The notes below the pieces were generated by a model. The model did not search any database. It was not told where the DNA came from and saw only the letters and a program-made list of their open reading frames with translations. Of a stretch of DNA of 64,000 bases, positions 1 to 12,866 are shown piece after piece; the first letter of the stretch is position 1; the number at the start of each line of letters is the position of its first letter. Source of the stretch: Amoeboaphelidium protococcarum X5 (Eukaryota > Fungi > Aphelidiomycota); assembly GCA_023515725.1 (NCBI GenBank), contig JALDTO010000025.1:1-64000 (forward strand), given 5' to 3'. Both the position numbers and the translations under genes were made by a program.

Positions 1-1297
1 CAAGTGAATGCCAAATGCTTAAAGCACGGAGAACAGAATGAATAGCCACCATAAGTTCATTCAAATCCTTGGGTACAGTTTAAAATCCTAAAGGTCCCAG
101 GTGAGCTCGAATCGACCTAGAGTAAACTTTCAAATTATACACTCTGATCATCTGCAAAGATTGGGCGTCTCCTGGAATACATCTGAGGCATTCATAAATT
201 TCAGCAAGTCTCTATAATTTTTCCAACGATAATCCAGAAGTCTTTTTCACAAGATCACAATCACCAAATTCAAGAACAACGCCATCAGATCTATTGACAG
301 ATTGGTATGCTTGAACAGAAAAGTATGCCCATTTTGGAGGCCAGTACTTTGAGAACACCTCAAAAACACGCACTAAATTTACAGCTATCTTGAATATTTA
401 AGCGCATTAGTCAATGATTCTCAAGTCCAATGTTTTACTAAGAGGAACTAGCTAATGAGCTTTGGTGATTGCGAAAAACTGAATCTAAGAGCCAGCAGTA
501 GCAAAGCCAATAATGTAATCTAAAGATCCATGGGTCAAAACACTCCAACCACTAGACAATTTTTGGACCAATTCTTATGTAGATGTTCTAATATTAGATA
601 AAGCATTCTTATGCTCACCTTTCATAACCAAAAGATGATTATTCATGAATACCAAATAATCTGGTCTTTAAAGTCGCGTCGCTGGATCCGCAATGTCTAT
701 CGAATATCTCTAGGTATCTATGTCGATTCCTCTACATTTGGACACGACTTTTAAAGGAATTGTAATTAACGTATCATAAACATAATGCCAACATTTTTCA
801 GAGGCTGTAGCAGAAGGAAGGAGTTTATGCATAGTCATTATTGATCCACAAATATGCCCTAACTCGGAACAATACACGGCGTTAGCACAATGTTTATCAT
901 TAAATACCCCAGGTAAGACAACTTAACTGCCATCGTATAGAGAAAATGGAAGAGGACTATTCAGTACGCTTTCTAAATTTTCTGCCCTGGGAAGAGACTC
1001 CAATACAGGCCACACATTTTTACCAACGAGCTCAACAGCCGCAACATTATGGTAATCGAGCTGAGGTGAAAGATGGAGGTGGTTGTAAATGTTAATGCCA
1101 GTCGCAACGCCCGCAATCTCTTTCCAGTTGTCTTTTGAACGAGCCATCATATCTTCAAATGTGGTTATACCCTGCTCCAATTCATTGGCGATCGCATTGA
1201 GCTACTTACTTTTCAACAACGCAAGCAAAGAGTCTTTAGTTGGCGAAATCATATTTGAGCTTTATGGAGAAAAATTTACGGAGGTCAATTGTTGCAT
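1..1297 (-). CDS. Crinkler (CRN)-type effector: helical header + PD-(D/E)xK REase domain + protein kinase domain (3' end beyond window)
   Basis: With TAR=Gln one frame is open from ATG 1297 to the window edge. It reads MQQLTSVNF...WKEIAGVATGINIYNHLH (header), LQRPDYLVFMNNHLLVMKGEHK (PD..ExK), IIGFATAGSQIQFFAI (typical of CR-REases), then GPLGFQTVPKDLNELMVAIHSVLRALSIWHSL (kinase helix E, just before the catalytic loop). Confidence 0.75.
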
Positions 1298-1743
1298 TCA
1301 AACTTCAACTAAAGTTCAAAGGCATGAAACACACCTTGCCCCCTTCCATCAGAGTCGCGTATTATTGCGACATGATATACAGTAGACTGAATTAGTTCTG
1401 CGAATTAAATCTAAAAGATGATTTACAATTCATTTTAAACAATGCCCAGCCTGTAATATTAATATCAAAGTACGTCATGACAATAGACCGGATCATGCAT
1501 GATGAGCATGGGGCGGATCAAACAAACCGATTGTTTCAACTGAACGACGGGCGACCATTCAATTAAAGTCGGCTGGAGCAGTTGATGACTTGAAGTTTGA
1601 ATTACCCACTCTCACTTTCTTTGGTACATCTATTACATCAGTTTGTCATCTCCTTACTTATTGTTTGATAAAATCTATCTACCAAGAGTCTGCCGTTAAT
1701 TAATCGTATCATATCATATATAGTAGAGAAGATAGAAGGAGAA

Positions 1744-4700
1744 ATGAGTAACAATTAGCAGGCTTCTCACTCCTAGTCAACGTACAAGTTCTCAATAAGT
1801 AATGCAAAGAGGATAATATTCTAGGACAACAAGTCCTACGCTGGCTCTATGCATTCGTCAAATGTCTTTTTCTCCCGTCCTCGTATGGTCACAGTGAATG
1901 TCCCATTGCCTTCTGATTAACTGCACAGCCGAGATGCTAACAAGGAGCTGTACATCCCATAGTAGTAGTATACGAATAATAAAATCCGGACATCCAAGTA
2001 TTCCCTTCTCACCTTCATCCCCAAGAATTTGTTTGAACAGTTTAGAAGAGTCGCCAATACTTTCTTTCTGATGCTGGTCATTCTGTAGGCATTCCCTCTG
2101 TTTGCCACTGTGAATATTGGAGTCGCTGCGTTTCCCATCATGTTCATTGTGTTTGTCACCGCTCTAAAGGATGCCGTGGAGGATTACAAGCGATGGACCG
2201 TGGACAAGGTGACAAATAATCGCACATGTCTCTCGCTCAGTTCCGAGTGGAAGAATTGGAATCTGCCGGATCTGGAGCACTCGGGCCTTCTCGGTTACGC
2301 GACGATGTTGAAGCACAAAATTTCTGCTCGTTTGAATGGCGGTAAAGCTGGGGATGGATCAACATCATTACCGGTTGATGCCGAGATTGAGGGTGCAAAT
2401 TTGATTCAAGATTATGATTGGGTTTCTAAACGATGGTAAGATATCAGAGTCGGTGATATCATAAAACTTGTGAACGATGACCCGCTACCGGCTGATCTGA
2501 TCTTGTTATCGACGTCTGAGCCTGATTGTATCGCTTATATTGAAACTAAGAATCTTGATGGTGAATCAAATTTGAAGTTGAGACAAGGCGCGATTGAAAC
2601 TTATCAGTATTAGTCTGCACAGTAAGTTGGGAAAAAGTTGAGATGTGTGATTGACAGTGAGCCGCCTACTACGAACATGTTGCGGTATTAGGCCACGATG
2701 ACTTTGTATCCTCAAGAGATGGAAATGGATTAAATCATGTAGACACTGGAGAAGAGCAAGGCCAGAGCCTAGATGTTGAGTACAATAGATTCCGCAGTCA
2801 GTCAATCCGGGCCTAGTATCAAGAGAATCCCGATTGATATTAATGGTGTCCTGCTCAGAGGTACCGTGCTTAGGAATACTAATTGGGCGATTGGAGTTGT
2901 GGTGTTCACTGGAGATGATACCAAGTAGATGCTTAATTCTGGTAAGACTCCATCCAAACGTTCCAAGGTGGAAAAGATTATGAATCCACACGTTGCATTC
3001 AATTTATTCTTCATGTTGGCTCTTTGTTTGGTCTGCGCCGCTGCTTACACTAGCTGGGCAAGATAGTTTGATATTGATAGTTCTTTTCTATATGGTGCGA
3101 TATCATCGAATCCTTCAGTTGATGGCCTGGTTAACTTCTTTGCCTGTCTTATCTTATTTTAGAATATAGTGCCCATATCGTTGTATATCAGTGTGGAGAT
3201 TGTGAAAACGATCTAAGCCTTCTTCATCTATTAGGATCTGGATTTGTATTATGCAGTTAATGATACACCGTGTAATCCCAAGAGTTGGAATTTGGCTGAT
3301 AATCTGGGTTAGATTGAGTACATTTTCTCTGATAAAACAGGAACCCTGACTAGGAATATCATGGAATTTAAGAAGGTGTGCATTGATGGCAAAGTGTATG
3401 ATGGTTGTGCAAGAGCTGACAGTCTATCCAGTCTAAATTAGAGTTTGAAGTTGTCTAGTCCTACTGGCAAGTCTCCTCCTTATCACGCTAAGAAGTTGAG
3501 TTCTAGTCAGTTGTCATTTAAAGCCAATTGGATCGAGGGTGTGAGAGAATCTTAAGCATAGAGGGAAGTCACCAAAAGTTTGAACCAACTACCACTGCCT
3601 AAAGATCACTTGTCTCCTCATTCAGCGGCACCAGAAGGTGGAGCGCCTAGAAAAGGCCACAGGCGAGGCATGAGCACATAGTCTGGAAAGGGCGGTGCTG
3701 GTCTAAAGGATCGTTTTCGTCGTCTCTCGTCATAGAATCAGAAGTAGACTGAGATTGATATCATGGGGGATGATGAGATTGAAATGGCTGAGAAGAACCC
3801 GGATTCTGTTGCAGTAGAAAAGACTAGCAGTTCATGGGTGGATGAGAATATTGAGTCATTCCTCACCCTGCCAGAGTTTATGGGTACCACTCATAGCCAG
3901 GTGATTAGGGACTTTTTCACTCTGATGGCCGTCTGTCATACCGTGCTTGTTGAGGATAAGAGCGAGTCTGCGAATAGTGGCACCTTAAATTCTAATGGGA
4001 GTAGCGCTGGTGGAGCTAGCGGTAGTAATAATAATAGTCTGAAGAGACCTGATACACCTCAATTTGATGGTAGAGATCTCACTCAGAAGCCGAAAGTCAT
4101 TGCATACAAGGCTCAATCGCCTGATGAAGCATGTCTAGTCACCACAGCTGCAGAGAATGGCTTTGTTTTCAAAGGTAGAGAGCACAATAGTGTAACCGAG
4201 GCTAATGAGATACTGCTTGAGATTCTTGGCAAAGAGTAGAGGTACCAACTTCTGAACATTTTGGAGTTTGATAGTGATCGCAAGAGAATGAGTGTTATTG
4301 TACGCGTAGCTGGTTCATTTGATCAGAATAAATATGAGTCTGATGATGTTGGTAATAAAGGACGGTCCGATGATAACAAGGGTGATGTTATTCTGTTTTG
4401 TAAAGGAGCCGATTCTATCATATTTGACAGATTAATGTCCGGGTAGTCTGACATTGTTGAGAAAACTGCCAAGTGTCTTGAAGAATTTGCTCAAGAGGGT
4501 CTTCGTACTCTATGCTTGGCGTATCGTAAACTTCCTGAAGAGCTATATCAGTCCTGGGCTTCTAGGTATCTCGAAATCTAGACATAGATATTTCCAGACC
4601 CGAGCGCCCGATCCAGAGCACTTGAAAAGTTGAATGATGAAGTGGAGACTAAGTTGGTTCTTCTGGGTGCAACTGCTATAGAAGATAAGCTGTAGGATGG

Positions 4701-6984
4701 TGTCCCCAAGTGTATTCAAGATCTATCGAATGCCGGGATAAAGATTTGGGTACTGACCGGCGATAAACTAGAGACAGCTATCAATGTGGGCTTCCTTTGT
4801 GGCTTGTTGAAAACTACAGATTCTGGAGAAAATACTGACAATTTAGAGCATGGCGCCATGGTGCTAATTCAGGTGAAGAATGCCAAGACAGAGGATGAAA
4901 TTTCACGGCAATTACAATCAGCAAATGACAGATTTTGGGGCCAGAAGTCTCATGAGTTTTCACGTAAAAGAACTGAATTTGCTCTGATCATAGATGGTTA
5001 ATCTCTGAAATTGGCACTTGAAAATGATGAGATGCGCTAATTGCTTTTAGAAATTGGATGCAAATGTAAAGCCGTCGTTTGTTGTAGAGTTAGCCCATTG
5101 CAGAAGGCTAAAGTTGTGGAATTGGTTAAATATGGCAAGAGCGTGCTAACTCTAGCCATAGGTGATGGTGCCAATGATGTCTCTATGATCTAGGCTGCTG
5201 ACATTGGTGTCGGTATTTCTGGCGAGGAGGGTCTTTAGGCTGCAACTTCGGCCGATTATGCCATTGCTCAGTTTAGATTTCTTACTAAACTGCTCCTGGT
5301 GCATGGTCGTTGGTCTTATTCAAGGATTTCTTACATGATTCTCAACTTCTACTTGAAGAGTGTTGTGTTTACAATGGTGCTATTCTGGTTTTAGTTCTAT
5401 TGCGGATACTCGGCATCTGTTATTTACGAATTCACCTATATGCTCTTTTTCAACTTGGTGTTCACCTCATTGCCAATCATAGTCATGGGTATTTATGATC
5501 AAGATTTAGAGTCCAAGTCCATTCTGACATTCAAACCAATATATGGCTCGGAGGGCATCAAGTAAACGTTCTACACCAACGCCAAGTTCTTCATCTACAT
5601 TTTGGAATCTCTGTGGCATTCGCTTGTCTGTTTCTTCATCCCTGTATGGACGTATGGTGAAGGTCCGAGTAATCAATCAGGATTGACCATGAGCGGAACT
5701 CATTTGGGTACGGTGATGGCCATCAGTGCTATAATAGTTGTCAATCTATCTGTTGGACTTGATAATCACAGCTGGACTTGGCTTATTCATGTGGCCATCT
5801 GGGGTAGTTGTGCCGTTATCTTCTTGTACACTCTGGTATATAGTTCCATTCCTCAGAGTCCTATTCTAGGTCTTACGCCAGAGCTGTATCCGGATCCACA
5901 GTTTTGGCTTAATGTTGTGGTCTGTATCATTTTGTCACTCGGACCCAGGTTCGTTTACTACTTTGGCCGCAGATAGTTGTTCCCCGCGGATTGTGATATA
6001 GTTGAAGAAATTCAATACCTCGTAAAGTAAGGCACGGCTAAATTGAGTCAATATGTACACAAAGATGCAGGTGGACATCACTCTGGTTTGACTTCGTAAG
6101 ACAATAGCGCGTAACACTCTATTGCACAGTCTCGATAAGGATCAGTGTCGTATCCAGCAACTCCAGTTGAAGAGAAGAATTAAAGCTTAGCAGTACCAGG
6201 CACTGGTCTAGTCAGACGTCCGTCTAATGCATCTGCGGTATCTTCTTACAACATGGACACGGGAAGGCCTTCAAAGTTGACCGGCTTCTCGTTCAGTCAT
6301 ACGCTGGGAATGGGCGGAGTTGTCACTAGATCTCCTTTGAATCTGCCTCTTAACATCCTTCCGTTCAAGTACTCCAACAGAGATGGTGGTTCTCCTGCTA
6401 CTGGACGCAATGCTTCTGCAGGCAAAAAGCCAAGATTGCTCTGGCCAAATAGACCATCTTCAGCTTCTGGGAATAGGTAATAGATGCAGCAATCTGCCAG
6501 TTAGTAAGCACCACCCTTAAGTGCACCTCCTGCCATTGATCCATAGTAGGATGCAAGTTCTCCAAAGCGTTCCGGTCCGCAGTTAACATTGCAAGTACCT
6601 CAGAAGACTTCGCCTTAAAAGGATTCTGCTGACTCATCTAAGTAAGCTCTAAAGAGTCCTCTATCAAGGCAGTCGTTTACTGCATCAGAAATGGGCTTAT
6701 CATCAGAATCTTCCTCTGGGGAGCGGTTACCAACCATTCCATCTGTACCATGCTCAGTTACTGCCAGCCCTGCGCATACTCAGCTGAGAGTTGTTAAAAA
6801 TGAAAACGCAGCTGAAGCTGATGCAGGGGTTGTCGATAAACATCAGGATCAAGCGCAGTAATAATAATAGCCTCCACCTGAAATAGTTGAAGTTATGGCT
6901 ACTCCCACAGCGTCACCAATTGAGGAATCCCAACCTGCTAATCTCGATGAAGTAAAAGATGAAGATGAAAAATCGCAGTCATGA
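1744..6984 (+). CDS. P4-type ATPase, phospholipid flippase (Dnf1/Dnf2/Drs2 family), ~1746 aa, intronless
   Basis: Motifs [74 protein letters not shown](Q=TAG)[25 protein letters not shown](Q=TAG)AAD. All fragments share one frame; ends at TGA. Confidence 0.95.
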
Positions 6985-7400
6985 TGATAAAATATAAATT
7001 TGATTTAGTTTAGTACTAGTCTAAGACTAATATTCACTGTAAACTTACCATCCGATCTCAGTTTGTCCCAAAAATTGTATCGTACAATTAATCCAACCAT
7101 AGTATTCTTAATCAATAGCTCATGATCTTTACATCTATATGTCCTTCCAGTGGCCATCCATATCTTTCTATAATACTCAAAATTCTACACGTCAATTCAG
7201 TGACTATCCATATCTACACTACTCAATCTATTGATCTTGGGCGCAACGGTCACAAGAGACGTGACACTCTCTGATTGGCTGAACACAAAAATTAAAGTCC
7301 AACTTCTTGGCTCATTAATCGGAATCTCAATCTGATTTGATATTGTATTATCTGATTGCTTTTATTTCCTCTTCCTAAACAATTTGTTAAATAATCAGAC

Positions 7401-8456
7401 ATGTTGCATTTTGTAATTTAGTAATTTCTGCTGTGCTCTGCTGCATTCAGTTTCGTGATTGATCCATCACTTGTGGCCCCTTAATCCAAGGATATCAACA
7501 CTGCACCGGATGTTGATACTCATAGCTCATCCGTGACGTTCAAAGTCTTGGGATATGATCAGATTGATGCAGTCACGTCCTTCTAGTTGGTATTGTCGCG
7601 TCAAGATCAGTTGTAATCTCAGGAATATGATGACAGCTCGTTTAGTGAATCTACTGAGTACGTTATAACTGTGGGACTACCAGATGATACAGATTACCTG
7701 GATGATTATGAAATCTCCTTGACTCCTGATGGTGTGGTGGCAGATGCTACGACTGATGGCAAGCTCTAGCTAATAGCGCAAATAATCGAGAATGCTGAAG
7801 CTCAAACAATGAACGTATTGTCCCCTGAAGAAGCAATCGATGCCATGTTCACTCTAGGTGATGATTATGGAGTGTTGTAGTTATCATTGCACTTGAATGT
7901 ATCTCCTGTCGATGATGATTAGGAGTCATCAGCATCAGCGGATGGAAAGACCAGATCAGTTTCTTTCAGTGCCACCGTGATTGAGGCCAACGGTGAGAGT
8001 GAGATGACAACCGACTTCAATTTCCAAGTGTTTGACACTTTAGTGGATACTGGTAGTTTGAGCTATCATACATTTGATTTGGTTGACCCATAAGTTCACA
8101 GTGAGATAACTGCCATTGAAAGTGATATTGATGATGGTGCTATCTTGACGGGTGATGCCGATCAACTTCCAGTTGTTACTTGTGGACAGGCATTGAAGCG
8201 CAGAATAGCCGACAAGTGGGAATATTTCGCGTCAACCATCGAATAGTGGTGGGATCATCTGTCTCAGCAGGCCAAGATTGCGTACATTCTTGTCTATGTA
8301 ATTTTTATTGCAATGAGCAGTTATTTTATCGGTTGTATGCTAATAGCTACCGGGAAGAGTAACAAATATTCTGAAATTCCTCAAGACGCGCCTCGGGATG
8401 GTGATGTTAAGACGCGTCACTTGAATGGCTCTTTGAAATCTGTCCAGGTTGCTTGA
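7401..8456 (+). CDS. Hypothetical type I membrane protein (signal peptide, acidic ectodomain, C-terminal TM helix), 351 aa
   Basis: ATG-to-TGA frame under table 6. N-terminus MLHFVIQQFLLCSAAFS, Asp/Glu-rich body, TM segment IAYILVYVIFIAMSSYFIGCMLIA, short tail. Absent from the standard-code ORF track. Confidence 0.7.
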
Positions 8457-8687
8457 AGTGAGAGAGGCTCTCTTACATTACCGTAGTGAATTCGCCTTGA
8501 TGTGTATATAGGTAATAAGTTAGCAAAATATGATTTTATGATGTTGTACCTATGAATAAATTGTCGTGATTTTTCATTATTCACTTTAAAGCACTTCTCC
8601 TCTTTCAATCACAGGAAAATCTTCTTCAGTCATAAGCGATTAAACAGGAGTTTATCATTCACGAACCAAGATTAAAATTAAATATAA

Positions 8688-9737
8688 ATGAGTAGCACTG
8701 CTAGTGATTAGAATTTGAAGAAGAGGAAGCGAAAGAAGGCTTAAATAATAGATAGAAGAGTGGCTATTCGTACTCAAGATACGCCTGAATCTGCCAGTAT
8801 GTAGAATACTTCTGATATTCCGCTGGTTGATCAAGACGTTCTAGAAGAGTTTAAAGAAGTCTTTTAAAAGTTTTATGAACACGCAGATGGTTAATCTTAA
8901 GAACTAGAATAGTCTTAATATGAATTAGATGCTGCGAAAAATAATAATTATAGGGAGCGAGATCAAGATAGTGATACAGAGCATAGCGAAGACAGTACTG
9001 ATGACGGGGAAGAAGAGGAGGTAACTAAATCATTAAGGCGACTCATGAAAGAGAATAGAATGTCCGTGGCAGAGTTAAAGTCTAAAGCAAAGCGACCTGA
9101 AGTTGTTGAATGGTTCGATGTCACTGCGTAGGATCCTCTCCTACTGGTCCATCTTAAAGCCTACCGCAATACTGTCCCTGTGCCTGGACACTGGCAGTTG
9201 AAGCGAAAATATCTATCAGCTAAGCGCGGCTTTGTGAAGCCTCCATTTGAACTACCACCATACATAAGAGAGACTGGCATAACGTAGATGCGTGAGGCTG
9301 TCCAGGAAAAAGATGATAAGAGGACTATGCGCGCCAAAATGCGCGAGAAGGTGCGTCCAAAGATTGGTAAGATTGTAATGGATTATCAGCGACTGCATGA
9401 CGCGTTCTTTAAGCACTAGACTAAACCGCCATCGATGAGCGTTCAGGGAGACATTTATTATGAAGGGAAAGAGCGCGAAGTGAAGTTGACAGAGAAGAGA
9501 CCTGGTGTTCTATCAGATGAATTGAGGGAAGCTCTTGGTATGACTCATCCACTGCTGCCCACTCCATGGCTGATAAACATGCAGCGATTTGGTCCACCTC
9601 CATCCTATCCGAATTTGAAGATACCTGGTCTTACAGCTCCTATCCCTTAAGGTGCCTAATGGGGATATTAACCCGGTGGTTGGGGTAAGCCTGTGCTTGA
9701 TGAACATGGCAATCCATTATACGGAAATGTATTTTGA
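8688..9737 (+). CDS. SF3B2: U2 snRNP splicing factor SF3B2/Cus1 (short form, 349 aa)
   Basis: RMSVAELK..RPEVVEWFDVTAQDP, RNTVPVPGHWQLKRKYL, LHDAFFKH(Q=TAG)TKP, GDIYYEGKE, PWLINMQRFGPPPSYPNLKIPGL, GGWGKP. Confidence 0.93.
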
Positions 9738-9828
9738 GATAATTCAACTAATTGTTGATTTAGAATTAGTTATTGTATAAAATGAAATATCTTAATCAAA
9801 GAGTATAATTCTACCAGAGTTACTTAAT

Positions 9829-10392
9829 TCATTATTACATTATAGATGATGTTTCTGACTACAGCTAAGCAGTATTATCGACGGTCAAATTAGATAAAGA
9901 CGCGTCATCAACACTATTAATCTAACTATCTTCACTCACGTGGACACCTTAACCCGGTGCAGAGGCAGCAGCATCATGATCACCGGTGATATCATCTTAC
10001 ACAGCAGAAGCGGTAGTGGCATTATCATTATCATTGTCATCATCTTCATCTCGGAGCTGATCAGCATAAGCTTCTGGAAATTTCTAAAAACAATCCTGCA
10101 TGGCTTTGAACAAGTCCACACACTCTGCACCCTTCATCCGATCCTCAGTAGAGTCGGGAGAGAATACGAAGCAGGAGAAGGCCTCTTTGAACTGAGGTGT
10201 ACATGGCAGTGCTGGGTCGGCCATTCCAGCCAGGCAAGGACAATCCCAATTGATCTCCTTAGTCTCTGGATTATACGCGCTCTACTCATCTCTATCACCA
10301 GCCACGTCACTCTGTTATTAATCAATCTTGGTATCTTCCTCAGTAAGGAAATAGATCTCGTCTTTATCCTCCACTTTCTTACCGTATGACAT
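9829..10392 (-). CDS. MIA40: Mitochondrial intermembrane-space oxidoreductase Mia40/CHCHD4, 187 aa
   Basis: [13 protein letters not shown] plus twin CX9C ([22 protein letters not shown]) and an acidic tail. Missed by the ORF track. Confidence 0.93.
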
Positions 10393-10873
10393 TACTATAA
10401 CTATTATGGATCCGGATGATGTAATAAACGAATTTATAAAATTTTCTGCCGCCGATTCAACGGTAAATAAAATCGCACTAAGATTAATCTACAAAATAAA
10501 TCAAAGAAGATGATCTTGATTACATTATTGTTATCAATTTGATTTTGACAGTGAGAACAATATCTGGGTATATAGGAATAGTTTTACACGTATTTGTATC
10601 ATGAATGTTCGGTGCGTGATAGTACAAGTGTTTGATCTATGCCTTTGTTGTGCGTTACGTGTAATAAGTCCCTTCTCTATAGCAACCTGTCACTGACATG
10701 ATATTGCTGTATGGTTAGAAGTTCTACATTCAATCACTAAGTCGATCCCTTTTTCAACTTATTGTTATTCTCTCCGATAAGTTACTTATTATTTGATGGC
10801 TTGATTTTAATAGAGCTTTAAAAGATTTTTTCGTTTTGACTTGGATATATCAGAAAATTTTAGTGGCGAATCG

Positions 10874-12313
10874 ATGTAGCGATTCTGTAGTAGTCTATCA
10901 AGTAAAGTCCGCTTGCATCCGTTGTCAGTTATCAAAATAGCTGAAGTAAATGTAAATGGACGTAGATACTATTCAGCGACAACATCAGACTCTGTATCTG
11001 AGATTGTGAAGCAGGTGGCTTCCACACTTAAAGAGTCTAAATCATAAAATTCAACCTCATCAACCACATCAACGTCCACAAGTAGCAGCGAAACTGTGAA
11101 TCTAATCAAAGATGCCAAGTTTGAGTTCCAGAAGGTGTGGAATAATCTGGAGTAGAAAATGGGTGGTAGCGAGCGGATGGTTCTTCCTTACGAACTCGTG
11201 TGGCTAATGGGCAGTCCGGCCAGTGGGAAAGGCACCAATACGCCGGCGATCCTGAAGGCTCGTGGTATTACTAACGCTCCCATTGTGATGAGCAATCTCC
11301 TCAACAGTGCGGAGATGAAGAAGCGAATTGACAGAGGAGAGATGGTGGATGATGCTAAAGCTCTTGAGTTGCTTCTCACTGCTCTTCTAAAATGTGATAC
11401 CAATGTCGGCGTGTTAATTGATGGTTTCCCGCGTACAGAGGTGCAGGTTGAGTATTTGAAATTGCTTCACGAGAAGATGCATGAACTCCGCAATGTCTTT
11501 CTTAATACTGAACACTAACAAAAGTTCAATAGACCGATATTTAGAATCGTCGTGCTATACATTGATGAAAAGGAGTCGGTGCGGCGATAGTTGATGCGCG
11601 GCAAGTTGGTGCGCAAACATAATGAACTTGTGCATAAGACTTCTGGTAGTAAATAAGACCTGCTGGTGGAGAGAGTCACTGATTATGATGAAGATTTGAT
11701 CCGGGCTCGGTACAAGATATTTACTCAGCACTTTAGTGCCCTGTAAAAGCTAAAGTAATTGTTTCCATTTCACCTGATAAATGCAGAAGGTTCTATCGAA
11801 GAAGTGGTGCGCTCAATATGGCGCGAGTTTGAATATCAATCATCTCAAGAGTTGGATCAATCAACATACGATGCCATCTAACACATCCCTGTGGCAGATA
11901 AGATTGGAGTTCATGCCAGGCAAGAATTGGTGCGAAGATTAGACTCTTACATGTTCCATTACAGATAATAGTTTACCGAATGCATTCAAATGGTGGAATA
12001 GTTATTTGTACCTGCGATATAGCGTCATGCAATCAGCGGCTACGGTATAGTTAGAGTTGATGGAGAGCATATTAAAAGTGAGCGTCAAGTTGACATGATG
12101 ATGGACATTCTTTCTGAGCGCGGATACCACGTAACTGTGGACAAGCGTATAATCAACGTGCCGGTTAAAGTAAATCCTGATACTTTTGAAATCATCAGTC
12201 AACGTAATCCGGTGTATGTTTTCAAGGTGAGATTTGCTCAACATGGAATTCGCGGCGTCTTCTCTGCTGATGATCCTAAAGAGTATACAAACACTTTGAA
12301 GGTTTCTGAATGA
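10874..12313 (+). CDS. Long-type adenylate kinase-family protein with probable mitochondrial presequence, 479 aa
   Basis: P-loop WLMGSPASGKGT, GEMVDD, GVLIDGFPRTEVQ and a large C-terminal extension. N-terminus MQRFCSSLSSKVRLH...RRYYS is Arg/Ser-rich. Confidence 0.85.
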
Positions 12314-12866
12314 ATGATTCGATGAATACATTTCACGGGATTCAATGAATATTGAATAAATGAATTACAAACTAGAGTCACCTGGTTCATACACATTTAG
12401 TATGTATGTGCATTTTATTCGTGCATACATTATGCATGAGGTGTCAAGAACTTGTTTTAACAAACTTGGTACAAATTTGACATGGCAACAACTAATTTTT
12501 GATCGAAATCAATAAATAGACTCCATAACAGCAGTATATAACACATTGTGTGGTGTTTACGCGCTGTGTATTCTGTGTATACAGGTGTTCACGAATTATG
12601 AATGCGCTGTGAGTCATGTTTTCTCCGCTCGTGTGAGGCGGGTCATGTGTTTCGCAGAGTTTTCCGTGGCGTTGTGCTGCATCGTAATTGTGAGTCATTC
12701 CAGATCGGATTACAACAACAACAACGGACGAGCGGCGTGAATACAAACAAAAGTGTCACCAACCGCAGAGCAATGGCGGCAACTTCTCCTCGGCAACCAT
12801 CTTACTTTAATTATCATCTCTTGCCGGCAAGTAGATTTTGACACTGCGTATAACTGCACTAATTCT

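Noticed and set aside
7000-7330. Protein-like minus-strand reading between the flippase and the 7401 gene
   Set aside because: Interrupted by TGA, no convincing start, and it runs into neighbouring genes. With only one stop codon, long open frames arise by chance.
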